Positions 48,604 to 61,191 of a stretch of 64,000 bases of DNA are shown one piece after another. Source of the DNA: Nemertoderma westbladi (Eukaryota; Animalia; Xenacoelomorpha). The translations under genes and the position numbers were made by a program. Under the pieces are notes generated by a model. It was not told where the DNA came from and searched no databases. It saw only the letters and a list, made by a program, of their open reading frames with translations. The DNA is taken from positions 1-64,000 of the forward strand of contig JAUCBJ010000630.1 of assembly GCA_032718475.1 (NCBI GenBank), given 5' to 3'. Position 1 is the stretch's first letter; each line of letters opens with the position of its first letter.

Positions 48604-51032
48604 GTTTATTACCGGTATCATTTAGTGTATGGTGGTTAGGCTTAGGGTTAGGGTGCGATACATACCTGTATGTTGAGCACGTTATTATATTTGTTTTTGT
48701 TTGTTGTTTGTTTGTTTTGATTGTGTCCTTTGTCGGCACGAGGGCTCATTACTACTTTGGGCTTAATGTCCTGATTCAATATTTTTTTGTAGTATATGGG
48801 GTGTATGACTAGTGTTTGTTTACCTTTATGTTAATACTGTATATAGGATAACAACCCCCCCATTAGTCAGTGCGTCGTTACATTCAATTATCTATGTAAT
48901 AGTGATACTTTCGGCAATGAATTTTTATCCCGCTTTGTGAGAAACCGCTATCAACCTTTGAAAATTTGCGATAGGTTAGAAGTTCGACCCCTAAAGACAT
49001 TGTTTTTTACGGCCGTTCTCGAGCAACTTGTTTCTGATTCTCTTGAATTAAATTAAATTAACCTTTTTTTCAAAAATTATGAGAAACGTATTGGCAAAGG
49101 TTTATCAAAGGAGCGTTTTATGCATGTTAATAAGGAAACACTGATGAAAAAGAATGTAAAGCAGCTGATATCCGCCCCGCCGCAAAGGCATAAAACGAAG
49201 ACAATAATATATGGAATTTAGAGTCAATGGCGCGAAATGACCGAAAACACAAAATAAATTTTAGTGGGTTTTAAAAATTGGTTTAATTTAAGTCAAAACA
49301 TTAAGGGAAAGGAACAGGTTACAGTGGCGGTGTTTTCTAACCAAAACAATAAACTATACATTATTTCAATTTGCGCTGAAGATCACTATTTTCGCTTGCG
49401 GTCAAAGTGCGCCACTATCTGGGAATTTAACTGCATCAAATAAATATAACTAATACTTTAGAGAGAGCTGCAAAAAATTAGCCCAGCCCTATATTTTTAT
49501 ATATTTCGTATATTTTATATATATATACAGTATATATATTATCGTATAGTATATATTTATATATTTTTTATAACATCGTCGTTACATTTAGAAATTTCAA
49601 AGATAGTATATCATATAATTTTAATTAACGTTGTGTATTTAACTAACAGTGTGTGTTATTTTCTTTAATAAGTGGCCTTGCCGTGCTGTACGGCCGACTG
49701 GTAGCTGCCCTAATAAATACTTAAGGACCAACGATTTTTAAGAGCGCCGCTCTTACAGTATTAATATAGTTTAGTGTAACAGCAGACTGCGAATTCTATC
49801 AGTCTATTGCTATAGTCATTCACTCACTAATGGAGAATCTGATTCTGAAATTTATGTTTTAAATTCTATGTTACTTCATTAACTTTTAATATAAATTCCG
49901 ACGGAAGAAATTAAAAAATGAAACTGTAACCTTACCTACAGTAGAAATACAAATGTCCCGTCTTTTAGGCCTACCACATAGTACCTTATTAAGGAAATGT
50001 TAATTATTAGGGAAATACGTTTATGGAAATGTTAATCAACGTATTAGACTAATTAATATGTTAACCTACTGTATAGCTTTCATGAAAGCAGCCTGCAGTG
50101 TGGTCTGGAGTTATGATATTTATTTATTCTTATTGCCCAACAAGTTTAGTTTGGGGAGGGGTGGGTCACTATCACCCACATGTAAAAGGACATAGACCGC
50201 GGACTGTGTCTGTTCATTCTCGACAAAGTCTGTTCTCTAGTCCCAGCCTGTTGTATGAGATTGAACCGTCCCAGTCTATGTCTGGTCCTGCCCAAACAAA
50301 GGGAGAATGTATCAGTTTAGAATTTTTGCTACAGTAATTGGCCCTGGGCCAATTACTGTACGTAGTAAAAATAGCTAGGGTGAAATACCTAAATAGGGTT
50401 AAACTCACAACTGTTGAACTGATGCTCACCTTCATACAGTAGCTCGCCCCTATCCTCCAAATATATTATTTTTTATCTGAAATCATTTATCCCATTGTAA
50501 CCAGAATGTTACATTCAGTATAATTAAACGGCTCGAAGTTAAATGCAATATTAATAATTCTCATTGTGCCATTGCCTTGTGGTTTTCCAGAATGCCTCTT
50601 CAAACATTGACGGACAGCCAATTTTTTTTATTACAGTCTTTTTGTACCGTACTTCAGAACTTACTAATGTACTATAAGTTTTTTTTTGCCCCTGGCGTTT
50701 TAGCCGTATATTTATTATTAAAACTAGTAAAAACAGCTGATGCACATCAGATCGCATAGCAACCACCACCAACAACCAGACAAATATACACTGTTAATTA
50801 GTACTACAGTTAGTATATGATGATACTGTCTGACTGTCCTCCAAACTTGGAGGGTTGTTATCCACAGTCGCCTACGCCGGGTTGCAGTCGGCATTGCTGT
50901 GGATGATCGACTCCACGTCGCACCGAACCGGTATTGTACTATAAGTCAGACAGTACCTGAGTACCACCACTACATACTGCACTACAGCACTATACTTCAA
51001 TCCACTAGCTGACTGGGCCAGGGCCATGCAGT

Positions 51033-51661
51033 GGTACGTACTAAAAGGTAGAACGATCTATAACGGGCTATAACGATCTATAACGTGGCTATAATTTCCT
51101 ATAAACAGGCTATAACCACCTATAACGAGCTATAATATGAAAATTTACATTAAAAATCGCCCCTTGGGTGTGTTTAACTTTTGGATTAACACGGTGGTCT
51201 GAAAAATCCCGCAGGTTAAAAATTAGGGTAGGCCTATCTGCCTATGCCTAATTGATACTGGTAAGTTTTTTTTATTGGCCTATATGGCTCACATTCCTGT
51301 ATTCTATATCGACCAGAAGCTGACAGCGGATATAGCAGGATGTAGGATAGACAGAGAGATGAGAGACCTCTCCTCTGCTGCACTGTTTGAAAGTCAGAAA
51401 ATGCAGCAGTGGCATGCTACCTAATGCAGTAATGACTGATTTCGTGATACCACAAAGATGAAAAGCATTATGGACTAAAAAACCAAATTGCGTAATTAAA
51501 TTACTGACTAGGATGATAAATCCATTCTAAAATAGGTTTTTTTATTGTAAATTTTCAGATTATAGCTCGTTATAGGTGGTTATAGCTTGTTATGGGGAAG
51601 TTATAGCCCGTTATAGATCGTTATAGCCCGTTATAGATCGTTCTACCTTTTAGTACGTACC
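51033..51661. mobile_element. MITE with ~120-bp TIRs made of CTATAAC repeats (MULE-like)
   Basis: GGTACGTACTAAAAGGTAGAACGATCTATAACGGGCTATAACGATCTATAAC is perfectly inverted at the right end; CCATGCAGT at 51024-51032 and 51670-51678. Confidence 0.85.
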
Positions 51662-53398
51662 CCACTGCCCCATGCAGTAGCTGAGTCTGTGACTGACTGT
51701 GAGTAGGCCTACAGGAGTGGGCCTACCAGATGCCAGATAAGCGCTCTCACCCTATCCTGAATCCGTACCAGGGATAAACCTGTCCTGTAAAGATGGTACA
51801 GTCAGACAGTGGTAGGCCTATTCCGCCCAGGCCTATATGTTCAGATGTTTGATGTTGCACAATGCACGACCAGACAATAGGCCTAATGTGCAATGCTACA
51901 ATGTCTGTTAAAGTTTTAGGAGCCTTCCTTTTAAAAAATGGTAAATTAATCTAATCAAAGCTCTTGCAATTCATTCCTTCCACGTCCACCCATGTAGAAT
52001 AGAAACTCGACTATTTACATTTAGCGGTAGGCCTAATATCACATTTCAGCATTTGAGGTACAGAGCTAAGAAATTTTTTTATCGATTCCCCTATGCCCGT
52101 GGGCGCCGTGGCGAACCATTTATACCTTTTTCAAACTTTGATGATTCCCCTATGCCTATCTGCCTATGCCCGTGGCGAACCACTTATGCTTTTTTCAAAA
52201 GTTTATTGATTCAGCTACGTCCATACTGCCATAGCACTGCTGCTCTGTAGCAAACTACTCCTTTTCAAAGTATGTTGATTCCTCTATGCCCTTATTAAGA
52301 AACCTAATTATTTGAAAGTTTATTTATTAACGTTTTATTTATTTATCAATAGTAGGAATACAGTAATAATAACAATACTTGATTGGCCTACTTTGAAATG
52401 TTCAGTGGTCAAATTAAGAAGTATTTTTCTAGAAAAGACAGTTTTTTTCACGTGCTGCGTGAAGGGCAAATCGTCCTCTGCAACCGTAAAATTTACATCA
52501 CATTAAGGATTAAATACACGACCTAGAGTGTCTGTCTGTAGATTTTCCGGCAAATTGAAGGAAAATTGAGGAAATGGTGCACATTTGAAAACAGGCAAAA
52601 ATTTACTGTTCGAAAAAATCCATAAACTCATGATTTTCTATCGTGCTGCTCGAGGCGGAAAATCGCCTAATTAAAAAAAAATTATATGAAGTGAGTGTCT
52701 GTGTGACATTTGAGACAAATTGGTCCAAAAATGGCCACTGGGGAAAGGCTGAAACAGTGAAAGGCTGAAAGGTGTTTGTCACTGTGCCTCAAATGTAATA
52801 GAACCCATTTAGCCAAGTATTGCTTTATATTACTCAGTTACTGTAGGCCTATCATCTGATTACTACTGTATTATTGGATTGTCTATGGAGCAACATACCC
52901 TCCCCTCATATTACTGTATTATTGCTGTATTGGTAATCCAGTTCCAGTATTCTCATACCGGTACAATTGTGTACTGATGTACCGGTTATATACCTACTTA
53001 CTACGACAGTACCGGTACGACCACAACCACTTCGTATATTACTGCAGTAGGCCAGTGGCGTATTGTATATATCCCACCTATCTATTGGGTTAACTTATAA
53101 CTGTATAATACAGTAATAATAATAATAAATAAATTATACCGGTAGGCCTAATTAATAAACTCATTAATCTGTAATTACCGGTAGGGCCTACTTCTCTAAT
53201 ATCTGAATATACTCACTCACTGGTAAAACCAACTGCGCTATGTTGACATTTTGGAACATAGATTAATCAAACATACCGGCATTCATTTGTTTTGTTCTGT
53301 TAACGGTTAACTGTTAAATTAGTACGAAATAATTCGTTTGTATCAATTCGACTGAGACCTGATTCCTGCACAGTTTCAAAGATGCAATAAACTTTACA

Positions 53399-53659
53399 AT
53401 GAGTGATCGATATAACATATTCAGTCAATGGGAACACCTGCAGTCGAAGTACGTGGGGACCGGCCATTCTGATACAACTAAATGGGAGTGGCTGGTCCAA
53501 CAGCATCGAGACTCTCACGCCTCCTATCTGGGCCACTACGACATGATCAACCACTTCGCTATTGTAGAGAATGAAACGAAAGCGCGAGTTCGATTCAATC
53601 TATTGGAGAAGATGTTGCAGCCTTGTGGTCCGCCTCCAGAGAAACCAGACTGGTTGTAG
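53399..53659 (+). CDS. SF3B5: Splicing factor 3B subunit 5 (SF3b10), intronless CDS, 86 aa
   Basis: EHLQSKYVGTGHSDTTKWEW..QHRDS..ENETKARVRFNLLEKMLQPCGPP matches the highly conserved SF3B5 sequence over its full length; AATAAA at ~53751. Confidence 0.97.
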   Translation: MSDRYNIFSQWEHLQSKYVGTGHSDTTKWEWLVQQHRDSHASYLGHYDMINHFAIVENETKARVRFNLLEKMLQPCGPPPEKPDWL

Positions 53660-55610
53660 TGCTGCGGTGCTGGACTCAACCATAGTCTATCAGCTGGGAA
53701 ACTAATACGACAAAGATTTATAACTTGCGACTCACATATTCATTTTGTTAAATAAAGCTTATAGCTATCACGAACCGTATTTTATATTAAATTTGATTAA
53801 TTTTTTTTGACACGAGATTTTTTTATTTCTGTATTTATCTTTCCATCATAAATTACGGCCGTGGCTAATAATGTTCTCGTTTTGGAATATTTTTCTGATA
53901 TACCGGACCGCACCGGTCCGGCATACCCGATCCGGCAAATATTATATATGTATTTATGCGCTGCTTCTGTTTACTAGTAAAATGCTATAGTATACACCAT
54001 GAGGCATGCACATGACCGAAATACCGGTATCTAATTTATCATATACATATATAATATACATTACCGGTAGGGTTTTCCTAAAAAAACGGAAATTGTAAAT
54101 TATTTGCTCTCACCCCATAAAAATTACATTATTTATTAAATTATTAGTTTTTCGATCAAAAATACCCCAAACTCCGGAGAAAATTAAGTGCTTTCTGGGG
54201 AAAAAGTAATAGGATAGCATTGACTTTTTCTATTTTCCCGAGAAAAAAGTAAATTAAAATATTTTTGGTGGAATTTCTTAAATTGTATAAAATATGTTAA
54301 AAGAAAAGGTTTGCAAGTAATTTGAGCAAAATCCATTTAAACACTCAAAAGTTATTGCAACTTTAGTTTCTGCAAGGCGAACACCAAAACGGAACTCCAT
54401 ATCCAATATTGGTTTATGTAGTTAAGCGGCTCTCTAGTTACGTAATAAATATTCGAGAACATTAAATTATTATTATTTATTATTAATTATTATTTAACAT
54501 TGCATTGAGTAAGGCAGCATCAGGAGTTGAGGAGTACAATAATTCGAATATCAGTAACTATGGAAGCAATATAGTAAAATACTGCAGTTCAATTTATTTT
54601 GTAACACTGTCGCTCTGTATTTTACAAAAAAGTACCAATTTAATAATATAGTTTTCCTGGGAAAATAATCTTGCTGATTCTCGGTAAATAAAAATACCTA
54701 GCTAGAGAGTGAAAAAGTTATACTTTTTGGGATAGTTTACATTTTACATAATAGATTATTATAATTTTGCGAAAAAAATGACTTGTTAAAATTTCAGCTT
54801 ATTTGATTAATGTTTTGCGGTAGTCCAAGCGCCTCAAAATATTCGCACCAAAGGGACACTTGGTCCGAACGCATAATTTTTCCCATTTTGGTGATAACCA
54901 ACTTCTGGTAATCCTATCACACTGATATTATTAGCCTCATTATAGATAGAACCGCAATTATTTTCGATTTTGTGAGAGCGATTAGTTCTCGAGCTATTAC
55001 ATAGAATGTGATGTGAGCTGTTTCATGGGTATAAACATGCGGTAATTGCTGGGACACCAAATATAGTGTGGAATATCCACTCCACAGTCCAGACCAAGAA
55101 CAGAATATGATACGATAATCTATTATTAGTATCCTGTCCTATGTCAACTCACATTGACATATACCGGATACGTTGTGAACTATTTTATACTATAAATTTC
55201 CATGAAAATAATTCTAGGAAAAATAGACGTGAATCTCTATTGATATTAAATATTGCATGGTGAATCAACATTGAGAAGTATTGTTGCAGGATAATAAATT
55301 GTTTTTGTATTTTGAATGACTGTAGTTCCATGTTAACAATTCAATTTAATCACTGTAAAGTTTTCAGATTTACTCTCTTCTCTAAGAGTATAGTGATCCG
55401 AGAGGCGTACGAACGTAGCGAGCGAGTGCAAATTATAGATGCTAGGATCATTTTTATTCCAAAATTCTAGCATTACCTATAAGAAACGATTGCTTATTCA
55501 AAACTTTGCAAAAAATAGTATCTGGTATAACGCATAACCAAGATGGTGCGATATATGCAATATTAACGTAACGTTTTTTTAATTATTAATTGTTCGCGTT
55601 TACTGAATAG

Positions 55611-55739
55611 GGTTATGAAGCATCGCAGGGAGCAAGAATTACCATCTAATTACGTCACTAGTGACGCCGCGCAACATTCACAGCAACCAGCAGATGTGAA
55701 CGAAGGGAGTTGGGATACCGAGCAAGATGCTATTGTTAG
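55611..55739 (+). CDS. CNBD gene putative exon 2 (phase 2-2)
   Basis: AATAG acceptor, open frame VMKHRREQ..DAIV, AG|GTACAG donor; phase fits both neighbours. Confidence 0.55.
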
Positions 55740-55814
55740 GTACAGTTCCCCCTCTGCTAACAAACAAACTGCACCAAAACAACGAGGGTTTTACATCTAA
55801 CTGCCCAGCGCGGA

Positions 55815-55990
55815 TTAACACACGCACCCATTTTGGACATTAACACCCTAACAACATGCACCCATTGTGCAATTAACACCCAACATGCACCCATTGTGCA
55901 ATTAACACCCAACATAAACCCATTTTTGCAGATTAACACCTAACACGCACCCGCAATAAAAGCAGATTGATACCCCAAATACGCACACCC
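55815..55990. repeat. ~29-bp degenerate tandem repeat
   Basis: ATTAACACCCAACATGCACCCATTGTGCA and variants. Confidence 0.7.
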
Positions 55991-56297
55991 AATCCTTTGT
56001 GTCAATTATTTTACCGCACTGACTCACAAGTACTACACCATAGTGTGCTTACACCTATAGCAGTATTGCACGTGTTGTGTGCATACCAGCACTAATTTTA
56101 TTACACTAGTGTGCTACACCCTCCAGGTCTATTACACCAGTGAGAGTTTATAAACCAAGCTTGTTTACTTTGGAAGTAGTTTAATGAAGATGAAAGTGAA
56201 AGTTTTTTAAATTTATTTTCGCTATCTCTTGTTATTGTATACGCTGTTTCCTGTCGTTTACTTTCATTTTCTCCACCAGTTTCGCGTTGTTTTTTAG

Positions 56298-56460
56298 ACT
56301 TAAGGATAAGTTGGGGGTTGAGTTGACTGTGCAAAATGTTGAGTTCAATAAGCCCCCGTCCACAATGTCTATACGCGTGTTAATGAAGATGGCTGCGTGG
56401 AAGATAAAATCGAAGAACGCCCGAACCAAACATCTGAAACCTGTTTGTGAAGAAAATAAG
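56298..56460 (+). CDS. CNBD gene exon 3 (alternatively a first exon from ATG 56365)
   Basis: TTTTTTAG acceptor, LKDKLGV..CEENK, AAG|GTTTGT donor in phase 0. Confidence 0.65.
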
Positions 56461-57067
56461 GTTTGTTTATATAGGATTTGAATTTTCCCCTGTCTATTGA
56501 AGTGAACAGGAAAAAAAAACACTGTTAAGTAATGAATACTTTTTATTATTTTGTATTAAATGTATTTTCATTGATTATACTTCTGGATAAGGTATTTTTG
56601 TAGAAAGGATTATAATTAAAAATGGAGATTAGGAGTGTTAATTCTTGTTTGATTTAATGTTAACATAACAGTTTCCAAAAATATCTGGTGCTAAGTACGT
56701 TGGTTTCGAATTACAGGTATGTCCTTTCGATATAAAATAAACGATAGGAATATGCAGCAACAGAATACAATTAACTATCATTAGATTAGTCAAGGTATAA
56801 CATTTTTTTTATTTTTAAATTCTTTTTAGATAATAATAGATAATTCAGGCACTTGCAAATTATTTATTCAAAAATGTGGCTATTTTGTTTCAAAGTGGAA
56901 TGTTTTTTTTACTGAATTAAGATGTCTACGAGTTTAAAATATTTAAAAGCAATAATAACATTTATTAATTTTTTTTATTTGTTATTAAATAGATATTTAT
57001 TAAATTATTCCAACGCAAATTATAAATTCAACTTACAAATAATAATTTATTTTGAACTGTTGATTAG

Positions 57068-57259
57068 TTGTCAGGAATGGCTAAGTTCAGGAAGACCTGT
57101 AGACTGGTAATCGTGGCCCACGAGGTCATGCGAACCATTACAGAATTGTCGCTCGCTTCCACGCCAATGTCCGCCACTGAAGTACAATGGCACGCGCTAC
57201 ACACCAGTAACAACGCACGTAAACTCTTATTCCGAAAGGATTACTTCTGTGCTTCCGAG
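57068..57259 (+). CDS. CNBD gene exon 4
   Basis: LSGMAKFRKTCRLV..LLFRKDYFCASE, GAG|GTAAGT. Confidence 0.8.
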
Positions 57260-57514
57260 GTAAGTTCAATCTTCTGTGTAATCTCTTATTCACTCCATGA
57301 GGCAGACAAATCACAAGATTATGCACTATGGCTGGTACTCACGGCGAAAAACAATGTCCTGCAAAGCGGCGGCGGCTCTGCTAAATTGTCAACCTAGGGG
57401 AGACAAATATGAGACACCTCCAATTTATTTATTCACATTTACTTCGGAAATCCAATTCTCCTCCGTATTATAAAGTCGTACAGTAGAGTTTTCTTTATTT
57501 ATTTCCACATTTAG

Positions 57515-57681
57515 GACGTCCGCGTGCCCCCATGGGCCAAATCCATTATGTCGCAGGAACCGCAACAGAGGACCAACGCAGACATTAAAAAACTACACGC
57601 CCTCTTGCGTGGTCATCGCGCATTCGATAAATTCTCCTACCCCGTGCAGGCCGCCATGTGTAGGTCGTTTACATACGATTG
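57515..57681 (+). CDS. CNBD gene exon 5 (start of first cNMP-binding domain)
   Basis: TTTAG|DVRVPPWAKSIMSQEPQQRT..AFDKFSYPVQAAMCRSFTYD, TG|GTAAGT. Confidence 0.85.
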
Positions 57682-58084
57682 GTAAGTTAACAGTAAAACT
57701 AAAGGCGGGAAAATCAAACTACAATTAGGGTCTAGTTATAGCTGTACAGATGGCAGATTTCCAATTTTCTGGTGCTGCTTCAGCCAGCCAATGTGGCCGA
57801 TTTTGATAATATTATAAAATTATTTTACTGTAATTTTAATTCCTAGGTTTAGATTATTTTTTGGGTTTGAAAAGCCCCGCGGCAATGTAACCTGCTCCTT
57901 TCCTTAAATTGTGTTTAATGCAATTAAATATTTCAACCAAAGCAGTTCCCTTTTCTTAATTGTTATACAGATTAATAATGATATGCTTTATAATTATTAT
58001 TCCCCTCAAAAAGAGATCTAATAAGCTACTTTAGGTATATTTATTTTACTTTAGGGGCCGTGCACTAATGATGAATTTTGTAAC

Positions 58085-58123
<39 letters not shown>

Positions 58124-58377
58124 ACCCCTGAACGTCACGTCACAAAAAATACCCACTATAGTTAATAAAAAATGTTAAATTTAAAATAATTATGTTATTA
58201 AAACTAAATGTAAATACTTCATTAATTCAGCTGTGCACAATGACTAAACAAGGAAGACACCCCGCATTATCACTCTCATATGGTAATGATATATTTTATT
58301 GTAATAAGTATTTGTAAAAGTATTTTATTTCTTCACCAAAGTGCTATTGCGACGTCACAAGTATTAGTATAGCTTTA

Positions 58378-58630
58378 TTTCACTATTTTACTTTATATGA
58401 TGATGATCCTGTATTTTACTTTATAAGATCCACTATTTTACTTTATATAACCCACTATTTTACTTTATAGGATTCACTCTTTTACTTTATACGAGCCACA
58501 AATTAACTTTATATGATCCACTATTTCATTTTATGTGATCGACTATTTTACTTTATATGATCCTCTATTTTACTTTATATGATCCTCTATTTTACTTTGT
58601 AGGATCCTTTATTTTACTTTATAGGATCCA
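58378..58630 (+). repeat. 22-bp tandem repeat (~11 copies) of the exon-6 splice acceptor
   Basis: Unit CTATTTTACTTTATA(T/G)GATCC(A/T); GATCC at 58559, 58581, 58603, 58625; the last copy is the in-frame acceptor. Confidence 0.85.
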
Positions 58631-58787
58631 TGCTAAGCGTCTGATACTACGGAAGGGCCACCGAGGCGAGAACTTTTACTTTATTTTCTCCGGGACAGTT
58701 TTTGTCAACATCGAGGACGTCAATCCGGCGACCAACCAGAAGATATGGAGCACAGCTGCGGTGCTGGGGAAAGGGGACTCCTTTGGG
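58625..58787 (+). CDS. CNBD gene exon 6 (cNMP-binding beta-barrel); gene is CNBD2-like
   Basis: IHAKRLILRKGHRGENFYFIFSGTVFV..LGKGDSFG, splicing in phase 0 to ELAL of the next exon to give the canonical FGELAL motif. Confidence 0.9.
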
Positions 58788-60361
58788 GTAGGTTGGAGCA
58801 CAGCTGCGGTGTGGGAAAGGGGATTCCTTTGGGGTAGGTTGGAGCACAGCTGCGGTGGTGGGTAAAGGGGATTCCTTTGGGGTAGGTTGGAGCACAGCTG
58901 CGGTGGTGGGGAAAGGGGATTCCTTTGGGGTAGGTTGGAGCACAGCTGCGGTGGTGGGTAAAGGGGATTCCTTTGGGGTAGGTTGGAGCACAGCTGCGGT
59001 GTGGGAAAGGGGATTCCTTTGGGGTAGGTTGGAGCACAGCTGGGGTAAAGGGGATTCCTTTGGGGTAGGTTGGAGCACAGCTGCGGTGCTGGGTAAAGGG
59101 GATTCCTTTGGGGTAGGTTGGAGCACAGCTGCGGTGGTGGGTAAAGGGGATTCCTTTGGGGTAGGTTGGAGCACAGCTGCGGTGGTGGGGAAAGGGGATT
59201 CCTTTGGGGTAGGTTGGAGCACAGCTGCGGTGGTGGGTAAAGGGGATTCCTTTGGGGTAGGTTGGAGCACAGCTGCGGTGCTGGGTAAAGGGGATTCCTT
59301 TGGGGTAGGTTGGAGCACAGCTGCGGGTAAAGGGGATTCCTTTGGGGTAGGTTGGAGCACAGCTGGGGAAAGGGGATTCCTTTGGGGTAGGTTGGAGTAC
59401 AGCTGCGGTGCTGGGTAAAGGGGATTCCTTTGGGGTAGGTTGGAGCACAGCTGCGGTGGTGGGGAAAGGGGATTCCTTTGGGGTAGGTTGGAGCACAGCT
59501 GCGGTGGTGGGGAAAGGGGATTCCTTTGGGGTAGGTTGGAGCACAGCTGCGGTGGTGGGTAAAGGGGATTCCTTTGGGGTAGGTTGGAGCACAGCTGGGT
59601 AAAGGGGATTCCTTTGGGGTAGGTTGGAGCACAGCTGGGGAAAGGGGATTCCTTTGGGGTAGGTTGGAGCACAGCTGCGGTGCTGGGGAAAGGGGATTCC
59701 TTTGGGGTAGGTTGGAGCACAGCTGGGTAAAGGGGATTCCTTTGGGGTAGGTTGGAGCACAGCTGGGGAAAGGGGATTCCTTTGGGGTAGGTTGGAGTAC
59801 AGCTGCGGTGCTGGGTAAAGGGGATTCCTTTGGGGTAGGTTGGAGCACAGCTGCGGTGGTGGGGAAAGGGGATTCCTTTGGGGTAGGTTGGAGCACAGCT
59901 GCGGTGGTGGGGAAAGGGGATTCCTTTGGGGTAGGTTGGAGCACAGCTGCGGTGGTGGGTAAAGGGGATTCCTTTGGGGTAGGTTGGAGCACAGCTGCGG
60001 TGCTGGGTAAAGGGGATTTCTTTGGGGTAAGTTGGAGCACAGCTGCGGTGGTGGGGAAAGGGGATTCCTTTGGGGTAGGTTGGAGTACAGCTGCGGTGCT
60101 GGGTAAAGGGGATTCCTTTAGGGTAGGTTGGAGCACAGCTACGGTGGTGGGGAAAGGGGATTCCTTTGGGGTAGGTTGGAGCACAGCTGGGGGAAAGGGG
60201 ATTCCTTTGGGGTAGGTTGGAGCACAGCTGCGGTGCTGGGTAAAGGGGATTCCTTTGGGGTAGGTTGGAGCACAGCTGCGGTGCTGGGTAAAGGGGATTC
60301 CTTTGGGGTAGGTTGGAGCACAGCTGCGGTGCTGGGTAAAGGGGATTCCTTTGGGGTAGGT
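58746..60361 (+). repeat. 48-bp minisatellite (~35 copies, with 37-46 bp variants) spanning the exon-6 donor
   Basis: Unit TGGAGCACAGCTGCGGTG(C/G)TGGG(G/T)AAAGGGGATTCCTTTGGG|GTAGGT. Confidence 0.97.
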
Positions 60362-60475
60362 GATGTGTCAATTTAAAAATTTTTTTCAATACTGTTTACG
60401 TCCTTGATAAAGTCCGTATATCTCCCTGAAACTTATAGTTATTTCTCCATATAACATCCATTTATTTCCCTATAG

Positions 60476-60624
60476 GAACTAGCATTATTACGCGATATAA
60501 CTCGAACCGCCAACATCTCCTGTCGGGAATCCTGCGAGCTGCTGTGTGTTGAGAAACACGTGTTCGCGACTATATGTCCCGAGTTATTCGATAAGGAGCT
60601 CAGTGATAAAGTTACATTCATTAA
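60476..60624 (+). CDS. CNBD gene exon 7 (phosphate-binding cassette)
   Basis: CCCTATAG|ELALLRDITRTANISCRESCELLCVEKHVF..KVTFI, AA|GTTAGT. Confidence 0.9.
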
Positions 60625-61191
60625 GTTAGTATTTATTGGGACGGGGGGGGGGGGGGGGGGTAGTGATTAATGACTAATTAGTGACTCATTCTTTGTACCA
60701 AATATTTTTGATTGAAATCTACAAATTTGTTTTAATAAAAAAATTCCGTCACTGAAATTTTCAATTGATCTATTTATCTGATCTGATATAGGCTTATTTC
60801 CATTTCTATCGAACAGTAGATATTTTATCATGCGAATAATAATTAGCATTATTTTAACTATTATTAATTATTAATAATTATTGAAATTAAAAGGCCAGGG
60901 AGGGCTATTTTTTTTATATTGATTATTTTGCAGTATTGCCCCATATTGCCTTATGAAATGTGCCCGTTGTCCAATATGTATAAATCCACCGCGGCCTAGA
61001 CCGGTTAAAAATAATCAAATAAAGTAATTATACAATTAGAATAAAGTTTGGTTAAATTTTATAGTGAGCCTCTTGTGGTTTTCTGTCACATGCAGACTGA
61101 TTAAAAAGAGGAACTATATTAAGAAATTACTGTGAAATACTTTCAATTGACATTATTAGATAGTTATTTATTGAAACGTTTTTCTCCCTAG

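Noticed and set aside
48635-48655. TTAGGG telomere-like motif
   Set aside because: Only two perfect units, too short for an interstitial telomere call
58086-58120. Long poly-C/G runs (also ~240, 1420, 33450, 60645, 61815)
   Set aside because: Simple homopolymers, often inside repeats; length is unreliable and there is no evidence of function
58647-60389. Long minus-strand ORFs (580, 502, 346 aa) and plus-strand repeat ORFs
   Set aside because: By-products of a stop-poor 48-bp minisatellite; the real coding signal is the plus-strand exon 58625-58787
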